A stretch of 63,996 bases of DNA, the filler included, from Stramenopiles sp. TOSAG23-6 (taxonomy: Eukaryota): assembly GCA_900128565.1 (NCBI GenBank). It is 3 parts of 3 records of this genome, joined end to end, with 100 filler letters (N's around TTAATTAATTAA, not from the genome) between each part and the next. Parts side by side here need not be neighbours in the genome. Positions count along the whole stretch, not along the records: positions 1 to 25,030 come from LT635998.1; 2 more parts are not named here. The stretch is one strand, 5' to 3'. The translations under genes and the position numbers were made by a program. Below the pieces are notes generated by a model. The model was not told the origin of the DNA, did not search any database, and worked only from the letters and a program-made list of their open reading frames with translations. This document shows, in pieces, positions 1-10,754 of this stretch; position 1 is the stretch's first letter; each line of letters opens with the position of its first letter.

Positions 1-468
1 AATAGTAACCGCCTGCGATATTAACAAGTGATAAACATCAATAGCACTACTTTCTGAAAATTGTGACGAGTAGTTATCATTCAGGAGTTGAAGAAATTCA
101 AGACCTGTTGCTTTGAATGCCCCATAAGTCACAAATGGAACTATTCCACACCATAATAATAATAAAAAGAAAACATAAAGTAAAGTCGGTATTGCCCAAG
201 CTGCGGCGTGTACCATTATCTCCCACATTATCTCCCAGAGGGGTAAAGCTGACTCAGGACTGTGTCCGTTGAGGTATACCGGGTGAAATTTAAATTCGAC
301 TTTACAAGTACTACAAAATCGGTGGCCACTAACTTTTAACCATTGCTTTAAGCATTCTTGATGTACATGCTGGATGCTACCAGAGCACTCGCACGGATGA
401 AATAACGGTCGACTAGGTTCAGCGGGACCACGGCAAACCCGGCACTCTGCGTCACTTACTGAGTCCAT
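1..468 (-). CDS. MARCHF6: N-terminal RING-CH part of MARCH6/Doa10 E3 ligase (inverted relative to the rest of the gene)
   Basis: Own translation from ATG 468: MDSVSDAECRVCRG..PLFHPCECSGSIQHVHQECLKQWL..CSTCK (C4HC3) then TM helices. Its last 33 nt are the exact reverse complement of 901-933 and join ORF 898-4671 in frame. Confidence 0.85.
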   Translation of the reverse strand, partial: MDSVSDAECRVCRGPAEPSRPLFHPCECSGSIQHVHQECLKQWLKVSGHRFCSTCKVEFKFHPVYLNGHSPESALPLWEIMWEIMVHAAAWAIPTLLYVFFLLLLWCGIVPFVTYGAFKATGLEFLQLLNDNYSSQFSESSAIDVYHLLISQAVTI

Positions 469-900
469 CAGTGAAGAAGTTTTGTTGTTTATTGACCTTA
501 GTTTTTCTTTTCTTTTGGCAACGAGATGTTGTAGTGACAAATAAACAGCCCCTGGAATAATGCAATAACGACAATGCAGTTGTAATGATATCAAAAAAAT
601 ATAGCGGATATACAATTAAATCTTTCCACTGTGTAATCAAATTGATTCACTTGGCTACATCTAGTTGCATATCTTAATTCCATCTGGGCACTACCAGAAA
701 CAGTTACAGATATCTGATCGATGGTACCACCACGTGGCAGGTGTGATGGTCTGCTCGACGATTCCAAAATACTTACTATGAATAGTAAGCGGCTACAACG
801 CGTCAACCTGAAAACTGGATTTAGAAAAGTGCACCCAAGATTCAAATTATTGAGAGGCTTAATGTTGCATTACAAATAGAAATATGCAAAGAGACATTTG

Positions 901-3900
901 TATCACTTGTTAATATCGCAGGCGGTTACTATTGCAGTCATATGTATACCTATACTAAATAAATACTTGATATTGCATTGGATGGCACCAGATGATGATG
1001 CTCTTATTCAAATAAATAATTTAGAAGTTGTTGAACAACAACAAGACAATATCGATATCAATAGAATTCCTAATGAAGAACAAGACAATGTTGATGTCAA
1101 TAGAATTCCTAATGAAGAACAAGACAATATCGATATCAATAGAATTCCTAATGAAGAACAAGACAATATCGATATCAATAGAGTTCCCGGTGCATTAAAT
1201 GAACAAGTTACCACTATTAAACAAACCCCCATGAATATCAAAATATTAAGTGACGCGAATTTTAGATTAGGAACTTGTACTACAAACACTAGTGAAGCAC
1301 CAAGTCTGTCTCTCGAAGATGTTGTTTTTGGCACACCCTACGAAATTGCTGGATGGATAGAAAAACGAGGATATTGGTTAAAGCGTTGGAAACTTAAATA
1401 TTGCCGATTGTGTTCTGATAAACTATTATTTTCAAATTTTAAACATGAGAAACAAGAGGAAAAGGTTACTTATATAAGCTTCGATAATTGTTTATCTGTG
1501 AAATGTTTATCTGAAAATCAAAATGTGTTATCTATTATTACGAAGGAAAATGTCCGGAACTTTTTTGTGCGTTTAAAATCGGTCGAAGAATTAAATAGGT
1601 GGAAATATAGTATTGCTTCTGGTATTTTGTTTTCTAGAATTTGTAGAACTTTAGAAATATTTTATCAAAAATATCATGTATCAAAAGTAAAAGATATTAC
1701 TACTGATATTAAATTTTATATGGCACATAGTAATATACAGCAATTATATGCTGATATTCGAAAAGTTTATGGTCTTTCAACGCGTATTGCAGAAGAGATG
1801 TCTCTGAGTTCAGCCGTATTAATACGGACAGCTACAAGTATAAGTGACAGTAGCTTTTTGGAGAATCTCAAAGGGTCGGTTTGCATGGACTCAAAAGACA
1901 GTGTAAAGCAGTGTATTCATTATTTATGTAGAAAAGGAGGTTTGCAAATGATAAAAGATATGGAAACAGAAAGTAAATCTCATCAAGATGACGTTTTGGA
2001 TGATATAGTTCATGTCATGCACAAGTCAAGTATTGAATGTGATCCACAAAGACATAAAAATAATGAGAGGGTCACAGATACAACTCAAAACATTCGTTTG
2101 CAAGATAACAATGTTATAGAGCTTGAAGATGAAGAATTGATTGTTGAAGATAATATAAATAGAGACGCGGATGAAGATACTGTAGTGGCCGATTTTAGAA
2201 GACGTAACGCTATGCTCAAAACTTTCATTCGGTTGGCTTCTGCTTTATGGTGTCATGTTTGTATGGCTGCGAATATCGTTACATGCAATATTTGTTTTCT
2301 TGTTGTATTTCAACTCACCCCTCTTCTATATGGTACATCACTTTGTCACTGTGTGAATCAAATCTTACCAAGGTTCTTGCCATCTGGTGTAAAATCAAAT
2401 TTGTTTAAAATACTGGGTTTATTTAATATGGAACCTGCTTCGTCAGCTCCAATTGCAGTAGGATATGTTGCGGCACTCATGGTCATGATAATCCGTATCA
2501 TAGTTGCTGCTTTTTTTAATTCAGGAACTTCAAAGGCATTTCGCATGATGTGTGAAAGAATCAATACAATTCAAAGTACCATTAAAAGGTTTTTAGTAGA
2601 AACATTCTTTCTTTCATGTGAATGGCTGATAATACCTATAACAGCTGGGACTATTCTAGATAATTCAATTGCTGATTTGATCCAAGAAAATGCTGGTTTT
2701 GAACGTCTTAGTATTTATGCTTTGCAAATGACCAATATACCAATATACGCACATGTATTCTTAAATTGGTTACTCGGTGTTTTCTTTTCCATGTACATTG
2801 GTATATACATTTCCCAGTTACCACTTGTAATACAACCAAAGTTATACGCTTTCATTTTGAAATATAATCCTTATGAAATGAATCGTCGCGGTCATGACCT
2901 TAGAGGAGACATAGACAATAGATTAGATTTGATCAGAATGGGTCGAGAACACGAAAGATTACAGGAACAAAGAATGGAAAGAGAAAGAATTATTGCAATA
3001 ATCAAAAATAGGATACACGTTCGAAAATGTCGAGCTATTGCGCGATTAGTTAAAATAAATTCGACAACAAATATGGCTCAAAAGCGTGATCAGGTTCATA
3101 GAATAATTTCACGAGCTGCGTTTAAGTTGCCCAATAAAAATAGACGTATGGGTTTGAGACATAAACATCAAAAAGAGGAATTCTCTAAATTTATTATTGA
3201 AACGAAAACTGGCGAAGCCATAAATGCAACAATACACACAGGACATAATTTGAATCACTTCGATAAAATACATGTAAATGAGAATACTGAATATTTAGAA
3301 GATGAGAGAGTTGATGAAATACCCGAAGACATACCTCTACCTAATGCTCTGCCTGCTGTTGAAATACCAGAAAATCCACTCCAAAATCATATACCTGAAG
3401 TTCATATGCTTTCGCGCAGGACCAGATTCTATGGAATAATTATAACCGGATTTTTTGTTTGTCTGAGTGCTGTAACATGTGTGATGCTGCCCATTAAGAT
3501 TTCTCGGGCTTTCTTTCAGCATTTATTTCCCTTGCGATTTGCAAATTTTTTTTATGCTCTTGCTGAAACTCAACTCCCGATTGATTTACTTGTGTTTCAT
3601 GTAATACTTCCATTTACCGTTGAAAGGATATCTATTTATAGTATCGTACGGCATACTTTACGTTTGTGGTTAGCACTTCCTTGCAAAATATTAGGTTTTG
3701 AATGTATATTACAAAATGTAATGGACGAAAAAGATAATGCAAATGAGAATAGACGTACTTATAATGATGATTTTGTAATAGGTAATCAAGAATGTATCAA
3801 ACCACTTCCAACAACACTGCGAAGAAGCTCAAATAGACTAGCACTTGATGTAGTTTTATTTATTACTGCTTGCCTTGCAGAAATGGTAATACTTTCAACT

Positions 3901-4671
3901 ATATTGTTTCTTTGTCCACTAGTTATTGGGCGTAATTTTATACATGCATTTACTGTTGGATATGTACCGGATATTTATACTTACACCAGTGGTGTATATA
4001 TTATAGGCTTTCTAGCTTTTAGTTTGAACGAGCTTTACAAAAGACGTCAGTATCTTAACGTATACCCAAAAAAAACAATTTTGGTGTACTCGCTGCGCCT
4101 TGTTAAACATGTATCTGCACTTATATTTATTACTATTGTGTGGCTATTTGTGATTCCTTTACTAATTGGCACAGCATTAAATCTAACACTTGTGATACCA
4201 ATTCGTGTATCCATCAATCAAGTTCCGACAATAAGTATTTATTTAGACTGGGCATTGGGACTTATTGCACTCAAAGTATGGATACGTCTTGTAATGATAG
4301 GACTGATTGGGTTTAACAATGTTTTTAGGGTACAATTGAATAGAGTTATAGATGATGGAATTGGTGGGGTTCAACCAACAACTGTCATTGTAGATATACT
4401 CTGGCCTATTGTAAGAGAGTTAACAACGTTTCTAGCTGTTCCTTTTGTATTTTCGTGTGGAATTGCACCGCTCTTTACACAATCAATCATTCTTCTATCT
4501 GCAATATTCCGATATTCGTTTTTTATTTGGTCTTTGATCATTGTTTCAGTATTTTCAATGTCCACAATTAGAAATCATATAAAAAAAACACATAATTGGA
4601 TTCGAGATTCCAAGTACAAGGTAGGAGCACGGCTTCAGAACTTTGAGCGGCAAACTTTCAAAAAATTATGA
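901..4671 (+). CDS. MARCHF6: MARCH6/Doa10 multi-TM body with inserted PH domain
   Basis: Many TM helices, LDWALGL motif, C-terminal IRDSKYKVGARLQNFE typical of MARCH6; PH motif GWIEKRGYWLKRWKLKY..ELNRWKYSI. Confidence 0.8.
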   Translation, partial: YHLLISQAVTIAVICIPILNKYLILHWMAPDDDALIQINNLEVVEQQQDNIDINRIPNEEQDNVDVNRIPNEEQDNIDINRIPNEEQDNIDINRVPGALNEQVTTIKQTPMNIKILSDANFRLGTCTTNTSEAPSLSLEDVVFGTPYEIAGWIEKRGYWLKRWKLKYCRLCSDKLLFSNFKHEKQEEKVTYISFDNCLSVKCLSENQNVLSIITKENVRNFFVRLKSVEELNRWKYSIASGILFSRICRTLEIFYQKYHVSKVKDITTDIKFYMAHSNIQQLYADIRKVYGLSTRIAEEMSLSSAVLIRTATSISDSSFLENLKGSVCMDSKDSVKQCIHYLCRKGGLQMIKDMETESKSHQDDVLDDIVHVMHKSSIECDPQRHKNNERVTDTTQNIRLQDNNVIELEDEELIVEDNINRDADEDTVVADFRRRNAMLKTFIRLASALWCHVCMAANIVTCNICFLVVFQLTPLLYGTSLCHCVNQILPRFLPSGVKSNLFKILGLFNMEPASSAPIAVGYVAALMVMIIRIIVAAFFNSGTSKAFRMMCERINTIQSTIKRFLVETFFLSCEWLIIPITAGTILDNSIADLIQENAGFERLSIYALQMTNIPIYAHVFLNWLLGVFFSMYIGIYISQLPLVIQPKLYAFILKYNPYEMNRRGHDLRGDIDNRLDLIRMGREHERLQEQRMERERIIAIIKNRIHVRKCRAIARLVKINSTTNMAQKRDQVHRIISRAAFKLPNKNRRMGLRHKHQKEEFSKFIIETKTGEAINATIHTGHNLNHFDKIHVNENTEYLEDERVDEIPEDIPLPNALPAVEIPENPLQNHIPEVHMLSRRTRFYGIIITGFFVCLSAVTCVMLPIKISRAFFQHLFPLRFANFFYALAETQLPIDLLVFHVILPFTVERISIYSIVRHTLRLWLALPCKILGFECILQNVMDEKDNANENRRTYNDDFVIGNQECIKPLPTTLRRSSNRLALDVVLFITACLAEMVILSTILFLCPLVIGRNFIHAFTVGYVPDIYTYTSGVYIIGFLAFSLNELYKRRQYLNVYPKKTILVYSLRLVKHVSALIFITIVWLFVIPLLIGTALNLTLVIPIRVSINQVPTISIYLDWALGLIALKVWIRLVMIGLIGFNNVFRVQLNRVIDDGIGGVQPTTVIVDILWPIVRELTTFLAVPFVFSCGIAPLFTQSIILLSAIFRYSFFIWSLIIVSVFSMSTIRNHIKKTHNWIRDSKYKVGARLQNFERQTFKKL
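1042..1188 (+). repeat. 39-bp coding tandem repeat x~3.8 (QDNIDINRIPNEE)
   Basis: Directly visible units at 1042, 1081, 1120 and 1159. Confidence 0.9.
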
Positions 4672-4709
4672 GAAAAAGAACAAAATTTTAATAGAGACTC
4701 TAATAAACC

Positions 4710-5612
4710 TCATTTTTTTCCTCTGTTTTTTTTACTTTTACTCTTCGTTCGCTTTCCTTTAGGTAGAAGTGATTGAGATGTATTATTTGGCTCGAGTATT
4801 TTTAATTTTTTTAGTCTATTACTTACCCTTCTACGAGACTTTGGGGCCGCGCTTCTTTGTCTATTTCTTTTAGATAGTCTATTACTTACCCTTCTACGAG
4901 GCTTTGGGGTCGCGCTTCGTTGTCTATTTCTTTTAGATAGTGATTTCCCTTTAGGTTGATTATTTGGTTTGGGTGTTTTCCTCCTGCCCGTATTTCTAGG
5001 AGATTTCGGTGTCTTGTTTTGTTGTCTATTTCTTCTGGATGATTTACCACTATTTGGTTTGACAATTTTAATATTTAATCTCTTGTTGCTGATCTTCCTA
5101 CGAGACATTGGGCTTATTTTTCTATTTTGTTTCTGAAACTTTGGACTATTGCTCCTATAACTTCTTTCATATACTTTAGCAAGAACCGTGGGGTCTTTCT
5201 CTTCTGTTTTTCCTGTAGCATTTTTAATGACGTAATCTTGAAATATCTTCTGAAAATGCCTCAAAAAAGCTTCAAGAAAACGGAGATCCAAGAATGCCTG
5301 TGGTGCAATCAGGATATTATTGAAGCGATTTGTCAAAGCACTACGTAAACGATTATTACTTATAATATATGCAACTGCTATACAGAGTAGTGCGACTAAA
5401 AAGTAAAAGAGCAGCAACATCCAGATGCGAAAAAAGATAGACATAGCTACCACTAAAGGATGTATCACAAATGGAAATAATACCATAATCTCAAAGCCTC
5501 TGTGTTTTAATTTTATGATTTCTCTTTTTTCTTCGAGACTCAATGTCGCTTTTACCATATCCAAAGGTACGAAAAGACTTTTGATGTAATACCCAAGCTT
5601 TCTGAATAACAT
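4710..5612 (-). CDS. Hypothetical membrane protein with K/R-rich repetitive tail
   Basis: 300-aa ORF with two hydrophobic helices and repeated LSKRNRQRSA.PK.RRRVSNR. Confidence 0.55.
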   Translation of the reverse strand: MLFRKLGYYIKSLFVPLDMVKATLSLEEKREIIKLKHRGFEIMVLFPFVIHPLVVAMSIFFRIWMLLLFYFLVALLCIAVAYIISNNRLRSALTNRFNNILIAPQAFLDLRFLEAFLRHFQKIFQDYVIKNATGKTEEKDPTVLAKVYERSYRSNSPKFQKQNRKISPMSRRKISNKRLNIKIVKPNSGKSSRRNRQQNKTPKSPRNTGRRKTPKPNNQPKGKSLSKRNRQRSATPKPRRRVSNRLSKRNRQRSAAPKSRRRVSNRLKKLKILEPNNTSQSLLPKGKRTKSKSKKNRGKK

Positions 5613-5864
5613 GAAATTTTTACGTACCTAATCTGGTTCACTCTTTAGTCCTTAATCCTACTTACTACTAATAGTTACAACGTTTTAACCAATACTACTA
5701 GTATAGTTAGCAGGAAAGAAGACGACTGGAAAAAAAATTTAAAAAGAAACCTTTGGTTGGAACAATCCTGTTTCGGGTCATAAAAAAACGTTACAAAAGT
5801 GAAGAATATTATTTTTGTAAATTTATACAAATTTCATTTCAAACATTGCTAAAATAAATTAGTT

Positions 5865-8800
5865 ATGGCAAATCTATTTGTGCGTCGTGCAACTCAGGAT
5901 GATGCCAAACTTGTCAATGATCTAATTGATGCAAATGACGTGTCAACTAAAGAGCGATGGGGCGAGGTAGAAGTCGATGAATGTATCGAGATGTCACTGT
6001 TTTCAGTTGTTGTTCTAGACGGTAGTCGTTTAGTTGGATTTGCTTCTTTTTCTCAGTTTTGTCCGGATAAGGGAAGAACAACAGATTTGTGGTTAGACTT
6101 TATCACAAACAAAGAAATTTGTGTTGCAAATTTACTCTGGTTGACATATTTCGTGGTTGATCCAATGTACGAAATGGAGGTTACAGAACAAGTTATGCGC
6201 ACGACGTTCAATACAATACCACGCCTGGATTTCGTTTTGCTCGTGAGCGCTATCGAAACTCCGCCATTTTTTATTCATGATGTCTTTGTTTCTCTTAAAC
6301 TAGCTCAAGGTGAGCCGTCTGGTGGCCAGACTAACATTCTTAGCTGTCATCGAGACTTTTACCTCTCGAGTTTCACTGTGCGATTAGCTCGTGTAGATGA
6401 TCATGATGACCTAAATCCAATATTTAAGAAACAAGTAGATTATCTACAAGATACATATGGTGAGTTCTTCGTCGCCGATTTAATTGGGGCACAAGACGAA
6501 GAAAATAAGGCCTTGGTCGCGGAAGTTGAAGGTAAGGCTGTTGGATTGCTTGCACTTTCTTCAGATATTGACGTCACCTTACTACAACAATGCTTTGACT
6601 TAGAATCTTATAATGAGCTTATTCGTCACAAAACTGTTGTAGTTAAAGAAGATCCAGTTCTCAGAGACCCGGTACTATTCTTACTGGCTGATGGTGTATT
6701 AGATAGTTTGCGTGTTGAAGTTGACAACGAGGGCATTGGAACAGAAATACCTTCGAATTCTGAAGAGGACGACGAGGACGAGGACGAGGATGAAGATTCT
6801 CCGCCACCTGAATTTGGTATCAAATGGGATGCTTTGAGGGCTACCATTGAAGCTAAAGTCGATGATTCAGATTGGACACACTTAAACATCCCAGTTATGG
6901 TTATGGATCTTGCCAAACTTCTGAAAGAAGAACGGTGGCTAACGGAAGAAAGTATACAAGAGCTCAAAGAAGCGGAAGAAACAGGGCTAGCTGCAAACGC
7001 AGGGAAGGTGTGGTCCTGGAGTGAATTGCTTGAAGTTCTCACAAAATATAAAAATTGCAGAGTGTTATGGAAATCTTGGTTCTATGATAGAAGTAAAGAC
7101 AAATGCAAAAATGTCGTAAAAAAGCTTCCTGAAAATGCCACCACCAAAGATCTCTATGAATATATCATGAATAGTGGGCCTGATAGTGCTGAAAATAAAG
7201 CAACATTAAAGGGTATTTTAGAATCAGCATTTTTACCAGATGATGAAGAAATGAAAGAACTTGCTGATATGGAACTTATAGAAAAGGTATTGAACTTATA
7301 CGCAATCGAAATGCGAAGTGTATCAATTCGCAATTGGGCACCCAAGGGTGGTCTACGTATTTCAGTGACAGGGCCACCAAAAGCGGGTACATCAACCGTT
7401 GCAGCACGTGTTGCATCAGAACTCAATTTACCATGCCTAGAACTTAATGCCGTTCTCGAAGCTGCATCGCAAGATCCAGAGGATGAACGATCTGTTAAAC
7501 TAAAGGAAATGATAGACGCGGGTGAAGTTCCAAATGATATCGCTGCAAAATGGATGGTGGAGCGCCTGGCTGCTTTAGATTGTGCTAATGGTTATGTACT
7601 AGATGGTTTTCCAACGAAAAATTCACAGCAAAGAGAATTTGAGAAAGCTGGAATTGTGTTGGATAAAATACTGGTACTAAAGGTGAGTGACGCTATGGTT
7701 CTTGCTGGTCATACTGGGGAGAAAATTGCACCGGAGAGCGACTTGAGCAAATGGCGAATGGATTTTGGTAACGTGGAAATGTCTGAAGATAAAAGAAAAG
7801 AAGGATCTCGTGTAGCTTCTTGTAAACTCAAGGTGAATACATCAGAAGTCGCTGCTATATCATTAACGTTAGCAAATCTAGATCGATGGCTAGATCCTCC
7901 AGATAAACCACCTAAAACCGAAGTTCTTGAATTGTGTAATGCATTTGCAATCACATTATTTTGTTTAGATGATGCATTTGAGTCGCGTGCAGCAGATTTT
8001 CTCGATATAGCATTTGATTTATTCCCGGAGATTGATTTTTGTATTATTACAATGCCACCAACTGCATCCGAATCTACATTATTGAGACATTTCTCGGTTC
8101 CAAAATCTCGGCCAAATAATACATTTTCTCACGTTATGTACGCCATGCACCGACATGCACTGCTAGGGATTCATGATATCACTGTATCTCGCCTTGGAAG
8201 CTCTGAAGTTGATATTGCACTGTCGACGATAACTAATAATGCTCAAATGAACCAAGTACCATTTTCTGAGTCAATGAAAGAATCAGCTAGAAAACGATTA
8301 CTGAAAGCAATTAGCCTTGAAAACATTGCGCTTATTGATTCTCCTTCAGTTGTTGCATTCAAAGCAGAATGCGTTGGGCAACATATAGCAACCATTGTTA
8401 TCAATTCAAGTCTCACTGATTCTGAGTCGAAATGTCAGAACCTCGCGGAAAACTTTTGTGTGGAAGATGTCGCATGTACGAAATTTCATAAACCATTGCA
8501 ACAAGCTACACTGATAGATTTTTCAATCAATCCAATATTCCAAAGACAAAGTAGATATATTTTACAAGAGATTATGCGACAAGCGAAGAAAACTATAATT
8601 TATATTCATTCTGATCCTAATTCAGTATCATCAGCATTACTCGCGCCTGTGGTATCAGAATTTGTGCAAGTAAAGCCTCAATTAGCTGCCCAGTCTAATC
8701 CATCCCAACTTGTTGCCTTACATGAAGCTAATGTTGCAAAAGGTGACAAAGCTGATGTTGAAGTCGTCAACTTTGCACTATATATACTTCCTCAATGTCT

Positions 8801-10598
8801 TCTGAGCGAACCAAAACAAACAAATAATACGCGCATTGTTGTCGTTGGTGCATCCGACTGTGGTATTGCTGTTTTGGAAGCTCTAAATCTTGTAAGACAT
8901 ACACAATTCACAAATCTCAAGCTCATATCTCCTAGTGGTTTACCTCAAGGTCAACCATCTGTACATGAATTAGGCAATAATTTTGTAGAGCTATTGCATC
9001 CCAGATCGCTGTATAGCGAAATAGAATTGGGACAATTGGGATTAAGCAATCAAGTCACAACAATACCAAAAAAGGTTGTAGCGATTGATCGCAGTGCTTC
9101 CTGTGTTGTTATTCCTGCGGCAAATCAAGCTGTAGAGGATATGGTACCGTATGACATACTAATTCTTACTACTGGATTGCAAGACTGTACTGATACAATC
9201 ATTGGCTATGATGTTGAGCTTCCTGAAGGCGTCCATTTTCTTACGCATGCTGCGACTGCAAATTGTGCAGCAACTGCAATAGAGTATGCTGCTACTCACC
9301 AAAACAAAACTATAGTTTATGGTGGGTCACTACGTGCTCTGGAATCTATTGATGCATTGATTCGAGCAGGATTGAACCCAAACTGTATTTCATGGGTTTA
9401 TAAGAAACTTCCTGAGTGCCTCAAGTCACCTGATTTCATTAAGGAGTTGCTTTTCTCGCGTCTCGATAAAATGGGTGTTCAGTATTTTGGTGGAATGTGT
9501 ATTGAACGATTAAATGGAAACGATGAAGGTAATCTAATATCATGCGTCTTTGTACCTGAAAAAGAAGGTCAAATGCTTAATAAGTCTGAGCTTAGTATAT
9601 TGATGGAGTCATCGCGTCAGGCAAAAAATAAAGTAGTTGCTGAGAATAATCTTGAAACGACAATACCAGCTTCACTTATGTTGTGTGCATCTAAACCTGA
9701 TGTTGATGCTGATATATTTGATGCTGTGAATGAATGTGGATTGGTGTATGATGGGAGGCTGGTCGTTGACGGCAACTTTCAAACTGTAGATTCCAAGATT
9801 TATTCAGCTGGTACAGGTGTGAAGTTCTCTCGACGTCTCCGACCCAAATTTCGTCAAGAAAAGTACAATTCACGAGAGCTAGGCGCAAAATTGGCCACTG
9901 CTGTGTTGAGTTCGCTAGATTCTACAATTGCACATCAAAATGTTGATGGGTTAAAATTGCCATCTTTCCAAGAACCAAAGGTAGTTCAATCAATACTTCC
10001 AGGCAGATTACACTTTGCGCGAGTTGGGGTACACGAAATAGACAAACCATTTAGGTCACTTGTAACTATGACCAAGAAAAATTCAGAAGGTGCAGATGAT
10101 GATAATGAAATTAGTTACTGTCAAGTTTTGCTGGACAGGAACCAGCGTATCGCTGAGATATTATGTGTTACAAGTATGCCTGTAGAAGTGAGAAACCTAT
10201 CAAGGCTTGTTGGTATCCACGAGTCCTTCACCAATAGTATGGTGTATAAATATGATCGCGGTAAAATAGAAGACTTTGTGTCCTTCTTCCGGCAAGATTG
10301 GTGCGCTGCTCTATATCACCCTAGATTTCCACTTTTTTACCGCAATTTGCAAAAGATGATTAGTAGAGACAGTGGTTTGGAACATATTTTAGAGGACATG
10401 AAAAAGTTTTTGTGTTCTACGGAAGTAATTGTTGCGGATGAAACTAAAAAGAGTGATTCAATTCGTCTTCGTCATCAAGAGCTGATAGGAGTTGGTGGTT
10501 CTACGTTGGATAAAATCACCTACAGTAAAATTGAACAAAATATTCTAGACTTTCTGAAAAATAACAAAGGGGTGCTATCCAAAGTGTATTCCATTTAA
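5865..10598 (+). CDS. CFAP61: Cilia- and flagella-associated protein 61 with inserted adenylate-kinase-like domain
   Basis: RLARVDDHDDLNPIF, NAFAITLFCLD, RIVVVGASDCG, LVYDGRLVVD and FFRQDWCAALYH motifs of CFAP61; intronless 1577 aa. Confidence 0.9.
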   Translation: MANLFVRRATQDDAKLVNDLIDANDVSTKERWGEVEVDECIEMSLFSVVVLDGSRLVGFASFSQFCPDKGRTTDLWLDFITNKEICVANLLWLTYFVVDPMYEMEVTEQVMRTTFNTIPRLDFVLLVSAIETPPFFIHDVFVSLKLAQGEPSGGQTNILSCHRDFYLSSFTVRLARVDDHDDLNPIFKKQVDYLQDTYGEFFVADLIGAQDEENKALVAEVEGKAVGLLALSSDIDVTLLQQCFDLESYNELIRHKTVVVKEDPVLRDPVLFLLADGVLDSLRVEVDNEGIGTEIPSNSEEDDEDEDEDEDSPPPEFGIKWDALRATIEAKVDDSDWTHLNIPVMVMDLAKLLKEERWLTEESIQELKEAEETGLAANAGKVWSWSELLEVLTKYKNCRVLWKSWFYDRSKDKCKNVVKKLPENATTKDLYEYIMNSGPDSAENKATLKGILESAFLPDDEEMKELADMELIEKVLNLYAIEMRSVSIRNWAPKGGLRISVTGPPKAGTSTVAARVASELNLPCLELNAVLEAASQDPEDERSVKLKEMIDAGEVPNDIAAKWMVERLAALDCANGYVLDGFPTKNSQQREFEKAGIVLDKILVLKVSDAMVLAGHTGEKIAPESDLSKWRMDFGNVEMSEDKRKEGSRVASCKLKVNTSEVAAISLTLANLDRWLDPPDKPPKTEVLELCNAFAITLFCLDDAFESRAADFLDIAFDLFPEIDFCIITMPPTASESTLLRHFSVPKSRPNNTFSHVMYAMHRHALLGIHDITVSRLGSSEVDIALSTITNNAQMNQVPFSESMKESARKRLLKAISLENIALIDSPSVVAFKAECVGQHIATIVINSSLTDSESKCQNLAENFCVEDVACTKFHKPLQQATLIDFSINPIFQRQSRYILQEIMRQAKKTIIYIHSDPNSVSSALLAPVVSEFVQVKPQLAAQSNPSQLVALHEANVAKGDKADVEVVNFALYILPQCLLSEPKQTNNTRIVVVGASDCGIAVLEALNLVRHTQFTNLKLISPSGLPQGQPSVHELGNNFVELLHPRSLYSEIELGQLGLSNQVTTIPKKVVAIDRSASCVVIPAANQAVEDMVPYDILILTTGLQDCTDTIIGYDVELPEGVHFLTHAATANCAATAIEYAATHQNKTIVYGGSLRALESIDALIRAGLNPNCISWVYKKLPECLKSPDFIKELLFSRLDKMGVQYFGGMCIERLNGNDEGNLISCVFVPEKEGQMLNKSELSILMESSRQAKNKVVAENNLETTIPASLMLCASKPDVDADIFDAVNECGLVYDGRLVVDGNFQTVDSKIYSAGTGVKFSRRLRPKFRQEKYNSRELGAKLATAVLSSLDSTIAHQNVDGLKLPSFQEPKVVQSILPGRLHFARVGVHEIDKPFRSLVTMTKKNSEGADDDNEISYCQVLLDRNQRIAEILCVTSMPVEVRNLSRLVGIHESFTNSMVYKYDRGKIEDFVSFFRQDWCAALYHPRFPLFYRNLQKMISRDSGLEHILEDMKKFLCSTEVIVADETKKSDSIRLRHQELIGVGGSTLDKITYSKIEQNILDFLKNNKGVLSKVYSI

Positions 10599-10754
10599 GC
10601 ATTCAATTCAGAAAAAAAAGTAAGAACATTTTTTTCAGTGAAAAATAAAAGCAAAATTTGTTGATAATCGGATTTTAATTTAAGAAATGTTCTCAATTTC
10701 CCCACTTAAAATAACTCACATATCCTTCATAATACTCAAGCATATAGTCTTTTT

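Noticed and set aside
1-4671. Naturally split Doa10 (as in Kluyveromyces lactis) on a bidirectional promoter
   Set aside because: The exact 33-nt inverted overlap fuses the halves in frame and the right half lacks its own clear start; better explained as an inversion artefact.
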